Translations under genes and position numbers: made by a program
In this document: positions 23,078 to 26,207 of the stretch, one piece after another
How positions within the stretch are numbered: the stretch's first letter is position 1
Layout: every line of letters begins with the position of its first letter
Notes under the pieces: model-generated
What the model was told of the DNA's origin: nothing
Seen by the model: only the letters and a program-made list of their open reading frames with translations
The model's database searches: none
Source: a virus
Taxonomy: Duplodnaviria; Caudoviricetes
Length of the DNA: 26,207 bases
IMG/VR virus record: IMGVR_UViG_3300027533_000080
Location: 1 to 26,207 of that record
Strand: one strand, 5' to 3'

Positions 23078-25327
23078 CTACGGGCCGCCGAATGTTTCTT
23101 CGCCGAGGCCATCGACCAGCCCATCGAAGGTGGCTTCCTTCTCGAGCGCGTACTTCTCCTTTTCGCCGCCGATCGCCTTGACCGCCTGCTCGACCAGCTT
23201 GCCCTCGACCTCGACATCGGTCTTGCGCTTCTCGGCCACCGCCAGCATCGGCATCAGCTGCGTCTCCTGATCGGTCTTGCGCGCATCGGCGGCCTTCTTC
23301 TGGGCCTCGGATCCGGCCTTCACTCCCTCGGTCTGCATCTGGCCCGGCAGCAGCTGGGTCTCGACGGTGATCTTCTGGGTCTCGGCCTGCTTCTTGCCCG
23401 CGTCGGCCTCCTTGACCTTGACCTCGGCCATCATCACCGGGTCTGGCTGGGGCGCGACCGGCGGTGGCAGCAGCTTGTCGATGTCCTCGATGTCAGCCGC
23501 CTCGTAGCTGCGCTTCAATGCCTCGCGGGGATCTCCCCCGACCTGCATCAGCAGTGGGATCGACTGCTCGATGTACTGCGCCCGGGCCATCTTCTGCATG
23601 CGCGTCACGGTCGACGGATCCGACACTGGCCGGATGTCCATGTCCTTGGCGTTGAAGTCTGCCGCGAAGTTGGCCTCTGGATCGTCGAGGATGTTGATGT
23701 AGTCCGCCGCCGCGGCCTCGCCGCCGTACAGGCGCAAATTGTCGTGGATCAGCTCATATTCGTCCTTGGCGGAGCGGAAGAAACGCTTGGCGGTGGCATT
23801 GAAGACCTGCAGCCCCTGCTCGATCAGGGCCAGCGTGGATCCGACCGGAGCGGTGTTCGACGCCTCGCCCGTCAGGACGTCCTTTACGCCGGATATCTCG
23901 CGAGCGAAGCCAAGAATGAAATCCAGCACCTGAAATGTGACTGGTGACACGTTGGGAAGGGTTCGCTCGTAGATCCCGTTTCGCAGAGTGTCAGCGGCCA
24001 CATCGACGACCTTGTACTCGCCGGGGGCCATGCGAATAGTACCACGATTTCCCCTGCCCTGTAGTCGTACACCAGCACCGATAAACCCTCCCCCGGCGGT
24101 CTGCGCCGTGCCAGCGTCCATCAGCTGGTTGATCGCCGTGTCAATGGTCGCGTTGAGTTTCTTCAGCAGGTGCCCCAGCCCGATGTCGTAGAAATCGCCC
24201 TTGGGGTTGGGGAACATGCCATATTTGACGTACAGCATGCGCTTCTCGATGCAGTAGATCTTGCCGTTCTCGTCGGCCTTGATGTCTTCCTGCGCGAAGT
24301 TCGCCTCGAGCCTCAGCACCTCACGCGTGGCATGGTCGACGGTGACGATGTAGGGCTCTTCCATCTCGTCCTCGTCGAGGTCGATCCAGCGGTGCTGCTC
24401 GAGCAGCAGGCGGGCACCGGATTTCTCGTCTTCCTCGTCGATCTCCAGCTCGGCCTTGCGGTAGTAGCCGGTCTTCTCGTGCTTGCGGATCTCGTGCGGG
24501 TAGACGTCCTCGAGCTTCTCGGTCGTGCGGGGCGTGGTCAGTAAATCACGGGCACATTTCGGGACCACCAGATTGAGCGCCGGGACCATCATGCTCATGA
24601 CGCCCTTGTACTTGTCGGTCCACACCTTGCGGAACACGCAGCCGACGATCGGCAGCTGCATCAGCAGGGCATCGGTGTCTCCCTCCCAGCCCTTCATGCG
24701 GTAGAAGATCGTGGTGTTCATATACTCGCTGACGCGCTGCGCCCGCTTGCTCTTGGCGCCCGGCGGGACGTCCCACACCGGGATGATCTTGCCCTGTTCG
24801 TCCATCTTCGGCTGCGGCGGCGATGGCTGGCCGGTCTGCGGATCCGGCGGGCCCGGCGGCATCATGTCGGGCAGCGGCATCATCTGGCCGGTCTGGGGGT
24901 GAGGCGCCATCTTGGGCCTGCCCTCGTCCTTGCCGACCACCTTGCACAGCACCGCCTCGTCACCCTTGACGACTGCCGGGTACATGCGTGCGTTGAACTG
25001 GAGCGCGGCGGTCGTCAGCAGCGGGATGTTGATGTTCGACGCGCTCGGCCAAGGCGTTGACTTGACCGGCGTCGGCTTGTCCTGCGCGGCGCTGTCGAGG
25101 GCCTCCTCGGCGACCGTCTCCCACTCGCTGCGATCCTTGCAGTCCTTCTCGTAGTCGTCGACCACTTCGGATCCGAGCTTGATCCGCATGTCTTCCGACA
25201 GCTTGTCGACGATGTTCCCCTGCGACCCCGCCAAGAGGTAGGTCTTGTCGAGCGGGCTCAGATCGTTCGCAGGAACGACCGGGCCGACCTCATCGTCGAG
25301 ATCGAGGTCGAGGGGAACAGTCGCCAT
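23078..25327 (-). CDS. Portal protein
   Basis: 749 aa. R.EWE, PWP.ASN...PLL..AALQF.AR.YP, A.RV..YMN, LP..G..F.K, LLEQH..IDLD.D...EPYIVT, FY.IG.GHLL, NQL.DAGT, GSTLALIEQG...F.A..KR, DI.PVSDP, C-terminal coiled coil. Confidence 0.9.
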   Translation of the reverse strand: MATVPLDLDLDDEVGPVVPANDLSPLDKTYLLAGSQGNIVDKLSEDMRIKLGSEVVDDYEKDCKDRSEWETVAEEALDSAAQDKPTPVKSTPWPSASNINIPLLTTAALQFNARMYPAVVKGDEAVLCKVVGKDEGRPKMAPHPQTGQMMPLPDMMPPGPPDPQTGQPSPPQPKMDEQGKIIPVWDVPPGAKSKRAQRVSEYMNTTIFYRMKGWEGDTDALLMQLPIVGCVFRKVWTDKYKGVMSMMVPALNLVVPKCARDLLTTPRTTEKLEDVYPHEIRKHEKTGYYRKAELEIDEEDEKSGARLLLEQHRWIDLDEDEMEEPYIVTVDHATREVLRLEANFAQEDIKADENGKIYCIEKRMLYVKYGMFPNPKGDFYDIGLGHLLKKLNATIDTAINQLMDAGTAQTAGGGFIGAGVRLQGRGNRGTIRMAPGEYKVVDVAADTLRNGIYERTLPNVSPVTFQVLDFILGFAREISGVKDVLTGEASNTAPVGSTLALIEQGLQVFNATAKRFFRSAKDEYELIHDNLRLYGGEAAAADYINILDDPEANFAADFNAKDMDIRPVSDPSTVTRMQKMARAQYIEQSIPLLMQVGGDPREALKRSYEAADIEDIDKLLPPPVAPQPDPVMMAEVKVKEADAGKKQAETQKITVETQLLPGQMQTEGVKAGSEAQKKAADARKTDQETQLMPMLAVAEKRKTDVEVEGKLVEQAVKAIGGEKEKYALEKEATFDGLVDGLGEETFGGP

Positions 25328-25330
25328 TGG

Positions 25331-25663
25331 CTAGTCCTTCGCTTTGGCCTTGGGCCTCTCCATCACAGTCGGCCCGAACCCGCCCAGCGCAGCGCCCATC
25401 AGGCCGATGTCGTGCGCCAGCAGCTTCTCGGGGTCGGCCTCCGGCGGCGGCGGATCCGGCGGCGGGATATCATCCATCGACCACGGCACACCGAGGCCGC
25501 CATGAGCCGCCACGCTGGTCCGGATGACGCCATGCACCCGCGCCTGCGCCTCCAGCTCCTCGTCGCTCATCTGCGTGCCAGCTGAGGCCTTGCTGTCGGC
25601 CTTCTTCGCCGGAGCCTTGGCCTTATCGCCTCGGCGCCACACACGTTTGGCTTTTGCCATCAA
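25331..25663 (-). CDS. Hypothetical protein (110 aa)
   Basis: AGGAGG RBS, coupled to both neighbours; K/A-rich N-terminus and Pro-rich segment. Confidence 0.65.
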   Translation of the reverse strand: MMAKAKRVWRRGDKAKAPAKKADSKASAGTQMSDEELEAQARVHGVIRTSVAAHGGLGVPWSMDDIPPPDPPPPEADPEKLLAHDIGLMGAALGGFGPTVMERPKAKAKD

Positions 25664-26055
25664 ACACCTCCTAGCGCCTGACGGCGCGCTACAGACGCGG
25701 CGGCCTCGTCGGCTGCAGCTTGCTGTTGCTTGGCGGACAGCGGCGGCACGGTCTGGCCCGCGGCCTCGGCCCGCTTCTTGGCATGGGCCTTCTTGATCGC
25801 CTCTTCCTCGTCGGGCCGGGCGAGGCGCGTGTGGGTCTCGCGATCCTTCGCCGTGCGGCAGCGTTCGATGTCGTTGTCGTCATCGGCGCGATTGATCGTG
25901 TCGCCCTTGCGGGCATCGCGCTTGATTTTGGCCTCTTCAGCCGGTGTCGCGAGCCGGGTGTGCTGGCCGCGGGCCTCGCCGCGATCGTTGTCGTCCTTCT
26001 TGGCGGCTTCCTTGGCCTTGGCTGCGAGGTCGCCTGCGCCTTTGATCTCAGTCAT
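25660..26055 (-). CDS. Hypothetical charged protein with internal duplication (131 aa)
   Basis: AGGAG RBS; two DDND...HTRLA.P.EE..IK units. Confidence 0.7.
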   Translation of the reverse strand: MTEIKGAGDLAAKAKEAAKKDDNDRGEARGQHTRLATPAEEAKIKRDARKGDTINRADDDNDIERCRTAKDRETHTRLARPDEEEAIKKAHAKKRAEAAGQTVPPLSAKQQQAAADEAAASVARRQALGGV

Positions 26056-26064
26056 TTCAGTCTC

Positions 26065-26207
26065 CTATGCTGTCACCGGGTCAGGGATGGTGACCATGTT
26101 ACCAACGATCGGATCGCCCTGCAGTGTCGTCGCCGGGCCGCCGATGTCGAAGACGTAATTGTCCGCGAAGCCGTCGAACACGCGCCGGTCGAACACGCCT
26201 CCGACGA
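26065..26207 (-). CDS. 3' end of a hypothetical protein entering from the right edge
   Basis: ...VGGVFDRRVFDGFADNYVFDIGGPATTLQGDPIVGNMVTIPDPVTA*; its TAG overlaps the next RBS. Confidence 0.6.
   Translation of the reverse strand, partial: VGGVFDRRVFDGFADNYVFDIGGPATTLQGDPIVGNMVTIPDPVTA

Noticed and set aside
10775-23947. Long plus-strand ORFs such as 10775-11716, 13073-14602, 16359-17390 and 22976-23947
   Set aside because: Shadow frames of well-supported minus-strand genes.
23880-24090. Patch of atypical codon usage inside the portal as a possible intron or insertion
   Set aside because: The frame is continuous and encodes ordinary portal sequence; at most a recombined patch, judged by eye only.

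Overview
High-GC tailed-phage (or prophage) DNA with a P22/T7-type podovirus-like virion module on the minus strand. Right to left it encodes: portal, small head protein, GroES-like co-chaperonin, 1222-aa tail fibre plus partner, scaffold, cement, major capsid, a 1311-aa polyvalent protein, Zn-finger, head-tail adaptor, gp10-like stabilisation protein, GNAT-like protein and ejection proteins. This late operon is split by a ~5.8-kb plus-strand island (about 4690-10500) of about 20 small, mostly unknown ORFs. The island is organised by five copies of a standardised expression cassette: TTGAC(A/G), a 17-bp spacer containing the palindrome GGACA-N3-TGTCC, a TA-led -10 box, a GGGCC-loop-GGCCC hairpin and an RBS. 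The ATG lies exactly 72 nt after the first T of the -35 box in all five copies. Near its end the island carries an XRE-family HTH gene, an architecture recalling acr-aca loci. Beside it is the polyvalent protein (metallopeptidase, ADP-ribosyltransferase-like and glycosylase-like motifs). The best candidate for a novel system is this operator- and hairpin-controlled multi-cassette early/anti-defence regulon. All family assignments are from motif recognition and gene order only; no searches were run.
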